NCBI GenBank assembly: GCA_965235115.1
Contig: OZ249436.1
Coordinates: 42,844,001 to 42,908,000, forward strand
Direction of reading: 5' to 3'
DNA from: Laetmonice hystrix
Lineage: Eukaryota
DNA: 64,000 nucleotides
Both the position numbers and the translations under genes were made by a program. Positions 1-12,000 of this stretch are shown piece after piece. Each line of letters opens with the position of its first letter. The first letter of the stretch is position 1. The notes beneath the pieces are model-generated. The model did not search any database and was not told where the DNA came from. It was given only the letters and a program-made list of their open reading frames with translations.

Positions 1-783
1 ACAGATGGAGATTGTGTATCCATGAGAGGTGGCGCCTATAGGTGGAGATTGTGTATCCATGAGAGGTGGCGCCTACAGATGGAGATTGTGTATCTATGAG
101 AGGGTGGCGCCTATAGATGGAGATTGCGTATCTATGAGAGGTGGCGCCTACAGATGGAGATTGTGTATCTATGAGAGGTGGCGCCTACAGATGGAGATTG
201 TGTATCTATGATAGGTGGCGCCTATAGATAGAGATTGTGAATCCATGAGAGGTAGCTCGGACAGATGGAGATTGTGAATCCATGAGAGGTGGCGCCTATA
301 GATGGAGATTGTGTATCCCTGACAGGTGGCGCCTATAGATGGAGATTGTGTATCCCTGACAGGTGGCGCCTATAGATGGAGATTGTGTATCCATGAGAGG
401 TGGCGCCTATAGATGAAGATTGTGTATCCATGAGAGGTGGCTCGGACAGATTGAGATTGTGTATCCATGAGAGGTGGCGCCTATAGATGGAGATTGTGTA
501 TCCATGAGAGGTGGCGCCTACAGATGGAGATTGTGTATCCATGACAGGTGGCGCCTACAAATGGAGATTGTGTATCTATGAGAGGTGGCGCCTATAGATG
601 GAGATTGTGTATCTATGACAGGTGGCGCCTACAAATGGAGATTGTGTATCCATGAGAGGTGGCGCCTATAGATGGAGAATCCATGACAGGTGGCGCCTAC
701 AGATGGAGATTGTGTATCCATGACAGGTGGCGCCTAGAGATGGAGATTGTGAATCCATGAGAGGTAGCTCGGACAGATGGAGT
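1..783. repeat. 37-bp minisatellite, about 21 copies, cut by the window edge
   Basis: Unit AYAGATGGAGATTGTGTATCCATGAGAGGTGGCGCCT repeated head-to-tail. Confidence 0.95.
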
Positions 784-802
784 TTTCTTTAACCAACGTC
801 TA

Positions 803-942
803 GGCCCGTTTTTTTTCAAAGCTTAATAACTTGCTTCAGCTTAAACTTAAAGCCCCTGATTGACTGCATGGTCTGGTATAACCGGCCAGTCAGAAGCCCT
901 AAGCTTCAGCAATATCTTAAGCTTTGCATAATATCCAGGCCC
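803..942. mobile_element. Degenerate palindromic MITE-like element
   Basis: GGCCCG..TTTCAAAGCTTAA at the left end mirrors TTAAGCTTTG..AGGCCC at the right end. There is an inner CTGATTGACTG / CCGGCCAGTCAG symmetry. Confidence 0.45.
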
Positions 943-1600
943 ATGCAGACAACAACAACACGTATATGCCCCGTTATGAAGGGCCATATATCTGATATAA
1001 TTGGCCCCTACAGCCTCACCGTGGATGCTCAAGAGTAGTAGTAATATTTAGGTTTGGGTACAATAAGGCAGAACAGCGATATTGTCGCAATGGTTGATTC
1101 ATGGCTTTGCCGGCCCCGAGAGACCGACTTCCAATATCTTCAGGTCGAGTTTCTCAGCCACAGCCGGAGAAAGTCGTGGATATATGGGAGTCCATAAACT
1201 ATATCTGGGCCTTGGTCCTGTGTAGGTGTAATAGTAGGGACTCGCTCTCTCTCCAGTCCTGGCCGTATGGTCGTATTGATTCGCAATCATTACCATAGTG
1301 TATTTGTCGTCCGATTGCAAGATGTAAGCACTCGCATTAATATCGTGCCGCCTCCAGCTTAAATACCTCGCTCAACAAAACATTCATCGCCGCAAAACAT
1401 CGGTGGTATTTAGACAGGGAAAGGAACGGAAATTAAAAAAGCAGGACTGCAGGAAGAAAAGGAGACTGGGACATGAGGAGACGAGGTACTGAGAGACGCT
1501 GGTGGTGGTGGTGGGGAGGGTTGTAAAACTGGTCACACAGTGCGATAGACTGCTCAATATGGTGTGCTGTGTTAGCATATATGGCATTATATACAGGATT

Positions 1601-1759
1601 ATTCCCACAGGCTAATTTTCCCTCAGACTTGGGGAAGGGATGTTAGGGATAGGGCTAGCTGTAGGGATAAGTTTAATTGGAGGTTTGGGGAAGAGTGAAG
1701 AGTCTTTCCGCCAGATTTGTAGTTCTTCCAGATTTCGGGAGAACTTTGTCATGGGGAAT
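1601..1759 (+). mobile_element. G-core TIR family element, copy A (short)
   Basis: Left end ATTCCCACAGG, core GTTAGGGATAGGG, right end AGATTTGTAGTTC..CAGATTTCGGGAGAACTTTGTCATGGGGAAT. The right end closely matches that at 63564-63613. Confidence 0.55.
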
Positions 1760-2418
1760 CTACCACAGGTACAGGAACACATAATGTGAGAGGTGAACGC
1801 ATATTGGTCGCTGTAGCCGTTTACGAGGTAAGAAAAGAAGTCCCGCCCCATCTTTAAGCTCGCGGCGTGTACAATAACCGGCCCGGGGGGAGGTCCTATC
1901 CTTTCACCTCAGTGTATTTTTCGAAGATTTGAGCTTTTTTTCTAGTTTTCCTCTTAAAGTTTTATTTTTATAAAAACAATCGGATAGATAACATATATTT
2001 TCCCCCTTTTACTTAGTTCTTTAAATCATTTCTGTTCCAAATATTCTCCTTACATGATCGTTGCCAGTAATTGTGACATGAACTGTGTGAGAGAAAAAGC
2101 CGTGTCTCTTTGTAACATTGGATCATTGTGTGTCTCCACAATGTCAGCGATGTGCCTGAGCTTGCTGTGTCAGCCACTGAACACTGTCAGCTCCGCCCTA
2201 CAGCTACAGCAACTCTCGGTCAAAGAGCTGCAGACGTCATGCAGTCAGCGTGGTGTCTGACTTTACGGTCTTGTTTAAATGCAGAGCGGTGTGTCAGATA
2301 ACCTCTTTACGGCAGGAAACAATCAACCACTGACGTCACGTCACGTCACGTGAAGAAAGCATTCTGAGAATACAGTCGTGAAATAGGACGTAAGATCTTC
2401 AAGTAGGAAAGTTAGCGC

Positions 2419-2811
2419 CAGCTAAAGTCTGAATCACGATCGTCACATTGGAACAACTAAAGTCTGAATCGCGATCGTCACATTGGAACGACAGATCGGC
2501 ACATTGGAACGACAGCTAAAGTCTGAATCACGATTGGCACATTGGAACGACAGCTAAAGTCTGAATTACGATCGGCACATTGGAACGACAGCTAAAGTCT
2601 GAATTACGATCGGCACATTGGAACGACAGCTAAAGTCTGAATTACGATCGGCACATTGGAACGACAGCTAAAGTCTGAATTACGATCGGCACATTGGAAC
2701 GACAGCTAAAGTCTGAATTACGATCGTCACATTGGAACGACAGCTAAAGTCTGAATCACGATCGTCACATTGGAACGACAGCTAAAGTCTGACGATCGTC
2801 ACATTGAAACG
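2419..2811. repeat. 38-bp minisatellite, about 10 copies
   Basis: Unit GACAGCTAAAGTCTGAATTACGATCGGCACATTGGAAC. Confidence 0.95.
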
Positions 2812-3675
2812 GTGGCAGCGGGTTAGCGATCGTCAGCGAACGGTGGAAATACTGACGTGAATAGGAATGAATATACAGTGACAACATGAACCGTTGTTCT
2901 AGTTCAGGGTGAATATTCATACCCAGGGGCGACGGTGGGAGGGGAGGGGTACAGTAGGGAGGTCATGCTATCAGGACAGACTGGCAGCAGAGGACGGGCG
3001 TATAATTAAGATAATTACCCTCAGTGAGATGGTCGATGATAAAGCGTTGAGGCTGACGTGAAGTGTCCCCAAGCAATCAATAGGCCTTGTGTTTTAACAC
3101 GTGACGTCACATGACAACTTGTGACGTCACAGATCAACTTGTACCGCTGAATTACTAGTGAAGGGAGAGAAAGATCGAAATATGGGGGACGCAACTCCAA
3201 ACAAGTGAGGGAAAGAGTATGTATAGGGATGGAATAAAACGATATTTTTACACCAGTCAGCAACTAAGGCAAAGTTTATGCGGTTTAACAGTTACGAATT
3301 GGGCCGCATTAATCATATTCACTTAGTTGTCATTATGACAGTATTTAGTATTTATGACAGTATTTAACCGTCCTATCACACCGTGATATCTTCATATATA
3401 CCCAGGATAAGGTTCTGGAACGAGGCAGATATTAAGGTTGGGGACGGACGGTAAGGGGTTTAGCCTCCGATATAAGGCAGTACAAATTGTTTCCGGCACG
3501 GGGCCGTCTCAACGCGACTGTAATCATTTTCCCGGGAAAACGTCATCAGCGGTGCACTTCGTTCTAATCACCGGGAAGGTAAATTATTTCCGCGGAAATT
3601 AAATTAAATTAAAGCATCCAGCTGCCCGTTTCTCATAGCAGAGCCGTGCCGGGATGTAAGCAGGTAGTCGGGGCC

Positions 3676-4638
3676 ATTCCCCACGGTAAAATTCACACGA
3701 AATTGGTGACAAGGGTTAAGGTTTGGGGCAGGGCCAGGGATAGAGACGTTATGTGGGAAGGTCTGGGTTAAGGTTTGGGGCACGTTATGTGGGAATGTTT
3801 GGGTTAAGGTTTGGGGCACGTTATGTGGGAATGTCTGGGTTAAGGTTTGGGGCAGGGCCATGGATAGGGACACGTTATGTGGGAAGGTCTGGGTTAAGGT
3901 TTGGGGCACGTTATGTGGGAAGGTCTGGGTTAAGGTTAGGGACACGTTATGTGGGAAGGTCTGGGTTAAGGTTAGGGACACGTTATGTGGGGATGTCTGG
4001 GTTAAGGTTAGGGACACGTTATGTGGGAAGGTCTGGGTTAAGGTTTGGGGCCCGTTATGTGGGAAGGTCTGGGTTAAGGTTTGGGGCAGAGCCAGGGTTA
4101 GGGACACGTTATGTGGAAAGGTCTGAGTTAAGGTTTGGGGCACGTTATGTGGGAAGGTCTGGCTTAAGGTTTGGGGCACGTTATGTGGGAATGTCTGGGT
4201 TAAGGTTTGGGGCACGTTATGTGGGAAGATCTGGGTTAAGGTTTGGGGCAGGGCCAGGGATAGGGGCACGTTATGTGGGAATGTCTGGGTTAAGGTTTGG
4301 GGCACGTTATGTGAGAAGGTCTGGGTTAAGGTTTGGGACACATTATGTGGGAAGGTCTGGGTTAAGGTTAGGGACACGTTATGTGGGAAGGTCTGGGTTA
4401 AGGTTAGGGACACGTTATGTGGGAATGTCTGGGTTAAGGTTAGGGACACGTTATGTGGGAAGGTCTGGGTTAAGGTTAGGGACACGTTATGTGGGAATGT
4501 TTGGGTTAAAGTTAGGAACACGTTATGTGGGAAGGTCTGGGGACCAAGGGGAAGGGTTACAGTTAGGTTTGAGGCAGGGTTACTGCTAGATTATAAGTTC
4601 TTTGACCATCAACATTCCCGGAGTTGTTACTATGGGAT
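3676..4638 (+). mobile_element. G-core TIR family element, copy B, carrying an internal 36-bp minisatellite (about 3710-4541)
   Basis: Left end ATTCCCCACGGTAAAATTCACACGAAATT and right end ..GGAGTTGTTACTATGGGAT. The internal unit is GGGTTAAGGTTTGGGGCACGTTATGTGGGAAGGTCT, with 54-bp variants. The array is certain; the element boundaries are inferred. Confidence 0.65.
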
Positions 4639-4821
4639 CTGCTGTCGTTGGGTGAGGCTGTGGAAGCCGAGCGGTAACATGGACAGATGGAAAGGGCAGG
4701 TTAACCTGATCATCTGTCCTGGTCAGGTCTGAGAGCTCCGCTAATTTACATCTGCCATGTTCGCTGTGGCTGCAGCTCAGCGGACTGCGGCCCGGCCACT
4801 GACACAGAGCCAGGCATTAAC

Positions 4822-5584
4822 TCTGGGGGTCTTACACAGGGTACCTGGGGGTCTTACACAGGGTACTCGGGGGTCTTACTCACGGCACCCGGGGGTCTTA
4901 CACGCGGCACCTGGGGGTCTTACTCACGGCACCTGGGGGTCTTACACAGGGTACCCGGGGGTCTTACACAGGGTACCCTGGGGTCTTACTCACGGCACCC
5001 GGGGGTCTTACTCACGGTACCCGGGGGTCTTACACACGGCACCTGGGGGTCTTACTCACGGCACCTGGGGGTCTTACTCACGGCACCTGGGGGTCTTACA
5101 CACGGCACCTGGGGGTCTTACTCACGGCACCTGGGGGTCTTACACAGGATACCTGGGGGTCTTACTCACGGCACCTGGGGGTCTTACACAGGGTACCCGG
5201 GGGTCTTACACAGGGTACCCTGGGGTCTTACTCACGGCACCCGGGGGTCTTACTCACGGTACCCGGGGGTCTTACACACGGCACCTGGGGGTCTTACTCA
5301 CGGCACCTGGGGGTCTTACACAGGGTACCCGGGGGTCTTACACAGGGTACCCGGGGGTCTTACTCACGGTACCCGGGGGTCTTACACAGGGTACCCGGGG
5401 GCCTTACTCACGGTACCCGGGGGTCTTACACAGGGTACCCGGGGGTCTTACTCACGGTACCCGGGGGTCTTACACAGGGTACCCGAGGGCCTTACTCACG
5501 GTACCCGGGGGTCTTACACAGTGTACCCGGGGGCCTTACTCACGGTACCCGGGGGTCTTACACAGGGTACCCGGGGGGTCTTAC
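4822..5584. repeat. 22-bp minisatellite, about 35 copies, two interspersed variants
   Basis: Units GGGGGTCTTACTCACGGCACCT and GGGGGTCTTACACAGGGTACCC. Confidence 0.95.
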
Positions 5585-5621
5585 TTATGGCACAGTATTA
5601 GTGACAGAGGCACAACCCAAA

Positions 5622-5823
5622 CCCTGGTTTTTAGTTTTACCAAAGCCGTCCACTAGAGGGCTTTGGTTTTACCGAGTCTTAAGATTTAAATCTTAAGACT
5701 GAACTCTTGTTTCAGAGCTTATGATTGGTCCTTCAAATGAGGTCAGCCAATGAGAGACCATGACACAAGTCTTAAAATTCCAGTCTTAAGGTTGGTAAAA
5801 TAACAAACTACAAAAAAACCGGG
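5622..5823 (+). mobile_element. MITE; same family as 33056-33214 in opposite orientation
   Basis: Termini CCCTGGTTTTTAGTTT / AAACTAC..AAAAACCGGG and internal GTCTTAAG repeats. AAGACTGAACTCTTGTTTCAGAGCTTATGATTGGTCCTTCAAATGA is the reverse complement of the body of the 33.1-kb copy. Confidence 0.75.
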
Positions 5824-6383
5824 CTCAGGTCTGCGTCTCGTGGCTAGGGTGTTCACCCTCATCGTCCGATTCCAATAATTTATTCTCTCATAAACATTTA
5901 TTTCACAGACATGTGGTTGAAGGAGCAACAAAAACTTGATGATAGATTAATGAGTTTTAATAAGACCTCTATTTGTAGGCGGCTGTTAACTCTCCAGTCA
6001 GCTGGAAATATCAAGTTGTTATCATAGTTTGAAAACATAATCGATACTAATGATAAAAGTCATCCCAGAGGTAGAGTGCTGTGATTGCCTGGTAATGAGC
6101 TGTACAGTTTTATGGTATCAGAAAAAAAAATCTCATTTGATTTTTCTGACAATTTATCTTTTAGAAAAAAGGGGCGAGTGCAAAGAATACTGTGATTTTA
6201 AACATGAGTTTCAATGGTATTCAAGGATTTCCTGTCAAATATTTTAAGCAATATTGATACATCTTGACAATATAAATTAATTCTGACTACGTCAAGAGAA
6301 TGCCGGGTCAACCTAAATTAAGATTGGTTTCTAAATGGAAATTGCCAATTTTCTGCTCGGTCGATATCAGTACACTTATTCTG

Positions 6384-6688
6384 GCCCCGGTTTCAGAAAG
6401 GCTGTATTAAACCAGCAAGCTTTAAGCTAAGCAGTTCTACGGTGGCCCACGAGGACACAGACACTTTAACCGTCTACATTTATTTTCATGGATATATTCA
6501 CCGCAGTGGAAATATCACCGCGTTGTAACTATTGCCACCACGTTTAAATTATTATCACTGTGACAATATATCGATGAAAACCAATCTAGAAAGTTAAAAC
6601 ACTAAAGGTCTATGTCCCTATGGGCTGCCGTATCCCTGCTTAGCGTAAAGCTTATTGCTTAGGCCTAGAGCTTTTCTGAAACCGGGGC
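6384..6688. mobile_element. Palindromic MITE (outer element of a nested pair)
   Basis: 20-bp TIR GCCCCGGTTTCAGAAAGGCT / AGCTTTTCTGAAACCGGGGC (1 mismatch), plus inner arms AAGCTTTAAGCTAAGCAG / CTGCTTAGCGTAAAGCTT. Confidence 0.75.
6438..6632. mobile_element. MITE inserted in the centre of the outer element
   Basis: TIR TACGGTGGCCCA.GAGGACACAGAC / GTCTATGTCCCTATGGGCTGCCGTA, with further internal inverted similarity. Confidence 0.7.
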
Positions 6689-6978
6689 TGTAACCCCACA
6701 CAGAAAGTTACTGTGATGTTTGTTTTAATAATAAAGATATAAAGGCGTCTGGTTGCCTCTTTTTAAGGTCAGCAGGTGCCCGTCTGACTGTCTTTGTCCT
6801 GGTTCAGCTGTTTTTCAGTTATCTCACCTTAGGTTACAGACATTGAGACGCCAGTTTGTAGCAGTATGACAGTATGGATAAATATTTAACAAATTTCTTG
6901 GTATAATATTTATCATCTACTGACAAACGTGCGTTCGGTTTACATATTTATGACATCGCCTACGGTCTCCGAAACCTG

Positions 6979-7089
6979 GGGTGAGTTCAATAGCACATAG
7001 CATTACGAAATGGTGGACCCAGGCTAAACGGCCGAATCTTTCATAATGTGTGTAACGTTTTGAAACGCTATGTGCTATTGAACGCACCC
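6979..7089. mobile_element. 111-bp MITE
   Basis: 23-bp TIR GGGTGAGTTCAATAGCACATAGC / GCTATGTGCTATTGAACGCACCC (1 mismatch). Related to 42857-42976. Confidence 0.75.
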
Positions 7090-7388
7090 TGTCGTCACGG
7101 GGCGGACTGGGGGTTGAGACACGTCTTATTTAACTGCTGACATTAATTTATAAATACGGATGTATTTTACTAAAACAAATCAAAGTGTTCCTTAAAACTC
7201 CTTTTTGATGGTCTATACAAATTTCTGGAGCTGATGAGACCTTCTTCTAGAAAGGAAATGGGAGAAGTCATGTTTGTGGTGGTATTGATTGTATGACCTG
7301 CCAGTTGGCACTGACTGGGCCCAAAGTCTCCCCCCATCCCCTCCCTGATGCCAGGTGAATGTGATATACATGTTGTATATATAACCTA

Positions 7389-8452
7389 GGTGAGAACTAT
7401 CTATAGCGTCCTTACACACACAGATCGAGGTTTGGCAATATTTGACGTTCTGAGACAGGCCCCTACAGCGTCCTTACAAACACACATCGAGGTTTAGCAG
7501 TATTTGACGTTCTGAGATAGGATTGAGTGTCACCCAAACACCTTCAGTGGTGAGAACTATCTATAGCATCCTTACAAACACACATCGAGGTTTTAGCAAT
7601 ATTTGACGTTCTGAGACAGGCCCCTACAGCATCCTTACAAACACAGATCGAGGTTTGGCAATATTTGACGTTCTGAGACAGGCCCCTACAGCGTCCTTAC
7701 AAACACACATCGAGGTTTAGCAGTATTTGACGTTCTGAGATAGGATTGAGTGTCACCCAACACCTTCAGTGGTGAGAACTATCTATAGCATCCTTACAAA
7801 CACACATCGAGGTTTTAGCAATATTTGACGTTCTGAGACAGGCCCCTACAGCATCCTTACACACACAGATCGAGGTTTGGCAATATTTGACGTTCTGAGA
7901 CAGGCCCCTACAGCGTCCTTACAAACACACATCGAGGTTTAGCAGTATTTGACGTTCTGAGATAGGATTGAGTGTCACCCAAACACCTTCAGTGGTGAGA
8001 ACTATCTATAGCATCCTTACAAACACACATCGAGGTTTTAGCAATATTTGACGTTCTGAGACAGGCCCCTACAGCATCCTTACACACACAGATCGAGGTT
8101 TGGCAATATTTGACGTTCTGAGACAGGCCCCTACAGCATCTTTACAAACACACATCGAGGTTTGGATATATTTGACGTTCTGAGACAGGCCCCTACAGCA
8201 TCCTTACAAACACAGATCGAGGTTTGGCAATATTTGACGTTCTGAGACAGGCCCCTACAGCATCCTTACAAACACAGATCGAGGTTTGGCAATATTTGAC
8301 GTTCTGAGACAGGCCCCTACAGCGTCCTTACAAACACAGATCGAGGGTTTAGCAATATTTGACGTTCTGAGATAGGATTGAGTGTCACCCAAACACCTTC
8401 AGTGGTGAGAACTATCTATAGCGTCCTTACAAACACACATCGAGGTTTGGCA
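7389..8452. repeat. Composite minisatellite: 62-bp subunit with a higher-order repeat of about 222 bp
   Basis: Subunit AGGCCCCTACAGCATCCTTACAAACACAGATCGAGGTTTGGCAATATTTGACGTTCTGAGAC. The marker TAGGATTGAGTGTCACCC recurs at 7518, 7741, 7963 and 8373. Confidence 0.93.
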
Positions 8453-9046
8453 TTTGTCTTTCACGATGACGTTTCTTTCCTAATTAAAACTGCATCTCTA
8501 ATCAAGTCCAATTAATTCTGCAGTGGACATTGAAGCATCTTAGACTTGAAATGATGGTCTAGATTAGACATTGATGTCAAATCAGCCTTGGTTATGTTGA
8601 ACTGAGGATTATATAGGGATACCCATCAAACATGTACACAGTTCTGATAATTGTTTTTTAAACCACAGATTGTTGTTTTATTCGGTGTGATCATGGACCT
8701 TGGATTGCGGTGTTGTTTTATCTTTCATTGTTCCATTGTGATTCGGAACGTAAATAGTTTCAGGATGGAATATCTACTCTGACAAACGATGTGGCATATT
8801 ATTTTAATTCAACTACAAAGGACATAATTATCACATCAATCAGAAAATTATGAAGTTATCAAAATTAGTAATTCTGGCGGAAAAACGAAACGCGTTACAG
8901 ATGTTGAAAGGAAACTGGTTTTAATTTCTGTTTATTTTGGTTTAATGTTGAAAGGTAACTGGTTTTAACTTTTGGTTTATTTTGGTTAAATGTTGCAGGA
9001 TTGTTCTCTCGTTCTGAATCTGTTACGAAGGGCATAGAGTAATTCA

Positions 9047-12000
9047 GGACTGCAGGCAATATGCTGGCCTGACAGTATGAGCGGGCCTTGGACCATTTAT
9101 GTAATCTCAGTCACTAGATTTGATGACTGCAGGCAACATGCTGGCCTGACAGTATGAGCGGGCCTTGGACCATTTATGTAATCTCAGTCACTAGATTTGC
9201 TGACTGCAGGCAGCCGGCCTGACAGTATGAGCGGGCCTTGGGCCATGTAATCTCAGTCACTAGATTTGATGACTGCAGGCAACATGCCGCCCTGACAGTA
9301 TGAGCGGGCCTTGGGCCATGTAATCTCAGTCACTAGATTTGATGACTGCAGGCAACATGCTGGCCTGACAGTATGAGCGGGCCTTGGACCATTTATGTAA
9401 TCTCAGTCACTAGATTTGATGACTGCAGGCAACATGCCGGCCTGACAGTATGAGCGGGCCTTGGACCATTTATGTAATCTCAGTCACTAGGTTTGATGAC
9501 TGCAGGCAACATGCTGGCCTGACAGTATGAGCGGGCCTTGGGCCATTTATGTAATCTCAGTCACTAGATTTGATGACTGCAGGCAACATGCTGGCCTGAC
9601 AGTATGAGCGGGCCTTGGGCCATGTAATCTCAGTCACTAGATTTGATGACTGCAGGCAGCCGGCCTGACAGTATGAGCGGGCCTTGGACCATTTATGTAA
9701 TCTCAGTCACTAGGTTTGATGACTGCAGGCAGCATGCCGGCCTGACAGTATGAGCGGGCCTTGGACCATTTATGTAATCTCAGTCACTAGATTTGATGAC
9801 TGCAGGCAACATGCCGGCCTGACAGTATGAGCGGGCCTTGGACCATTTATGTAATCTCAGTCACTAGGTTTGATGACTGCAGGCAACATGCTGGCCTGAC
9901 AGTATGAGCGGGCCTTGGGCCATTTATGTAATCTCAGTCACTAGATTTGATGACTGCAGGCAACATGCTGGCCTGACAGTATGAGCGGGCCTTGGGCCAT
10001 GTAATCTCAGTCACTAGATTTGATGACTGCAGGCAGCCGGCCTGACAGTATGAGCGGGCCTTGGACCATTTATGTAATCTCAGTCACTAGGTTTGATGAC
10101 TGCAGGCAGCATGCCGGCCTGACAGTATGAGCGGGCCTTGGACCATTTATGTAATCTCAGTCACTAGGTTTGATGACTGCAGGCAGCATGCTGGCCTGAC
10201 AGTATGAGCGGGCCTTGGGCCATTTATGTAATCTCAGTCACTAGATTTGATGACTGCAGGCAGCCTGCCTGACAGTATGAGCGGGCCTTGGACCATTTAT
10301 GTAATCTCAGTCGCTAGATTTGATGACTGCAGGCAACATGCCGGCCTGACAGTATGAGCGGGCCTTGGGCCATTTATGTAATCTCAGTCACTAGATTTGA
10401 TGACTGCAGGCAACATGCCGGCCTGACAGTATGAGCGGGCCTTGGGTCATTTATGTAATCTCAGTCACTAGATTTGATGACTGCATGCCGGCCTGACAGT
10501 ATGAGCGGGCCTTGGACCATTTATGTAATCTCAGTCACTAGATTTGATGACTGCAGGCAGCCGGCCTGACAGTATGAGCGGGCCTTGGGCCATGTAATCT
10601 CAGTCACTAGGTTTGATGACTGCAGGCAGCCGGCCTGACAGTATGAGCGGGCCTTGGGCCATTTATGTAATCTCAGTCACTAGATTTGATGACTGCAGGC
10701 AACATGCCGGCCTGACAGTATGAGCGGGCCTTGGGTCATTTATGTAATCTCAGTCACTAGATTTGATGACTGCAGGCAACATGCTGGCCTGACAGTATGA
10801 GCGGGCCTTGGGTCATTTATGTAATCTCAGTCACTAGATTTGATGACTGCAGGCAACATGCTGGCCTGACAGTATGACCGGGCCTTGGACCATTTATGTA
10901 ATCTCAGTCACTAGGTTTGATGACTGCAGGCAGCCGGCCTGACAGTATGAGCGGGCCTTGGGCCATTTATGTAATCTCAGTCACTAGATTTGATGACTGC
11001 AGGCAACATGCCGGCCTGACAGTATGAGCGGGCCTTGGGTCATTTATGTAATCTCAGTCACTAGATTTGATGACTGCATGCCGGCCTGACAGTATGAGCG
11101 GGCCTTGGGCCATGTAATCTCAGTCACTAGATTTGATGACTGCAGGTAACATGCTGGCCTGACAGTATGAGCGGGCCTTGGGCCATGTAATCTCAGTCAC
11201 TAGATTTGATGACTGCAGGGAACATGCTGGCCTGACAGTATGAGCGGGCCTTGGACCATTTATGTAATCTCAGTCAGTAGATTTGATGACTGCAGGCAGC
11301 CGGCCTGACAGTATGAGCGGGCCTTGGGCCATTTATGTAATCTCAGTCACTAGATTTGATGACTGCAGGCAACATGCCGGCCTGACAGTATGAGCGGGCC
11401 TTGGGCCATGTAATCTCAGTCGCTAGATTTGATGACTGCAGGTAACATGCTGGCCTGACAGTATGAGCGGGCCTTGGGCCATGTAATCTCAGTCACTAGA
11501 TTTGATGACTGCAGGCAACATGCCGGCCTGACAGTATGAGCGGGCCTTGGGTCATTATGTTATCTCAGTTATCTTTATGTAATCTCAGTCACTAGATTTG
11601 ATGACTGCAGGCAACATGCCGGCCTGACAGTATGAGCGGGCCTTGGACCATTTATGTAATCTCAGTCACTAGATTTGATGACTGCAGGCAACATGCTGGC
11701 CTGACAGTATGAGCGGGCCTTGGGTCATTTATGTAATCTCAGTCACTAGATTTGATGACTGCATGCCGGCCTGACAGTATGAGCGGGCCTTGGGTCATGT
11801 AATCTCAGTCACTAGATTTGATGACTGCATGCCGGCCTGACAGTATGAGCGGGCCTTGGGCCATGTAATCTCAGTCACTAGATTTGATGACTGCAGGTAA
11901 CATGCTGGCCTGACAGTATGAGCGGGCCTTGGGTCATGTAATCTCAGTCACTAGATTTGATGACTGCAGGCAGCCGGCCTGAGAGTATGAGCGGGCCTTG

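Noticed and set aside
1..783. CTCF motif array (AGGTGGCGCC in each unit)
   Set aside because: Only the 3' half of the core matches; the required CCAS is missing at the correct spacing.
3604..5656. 278-305-aa repetitive ORFs
   Set aside because: They are produced by the 36-bp and 22-bp arrays. The 36-bp array is open on both strands and the 22-bp array cycles through all frames.
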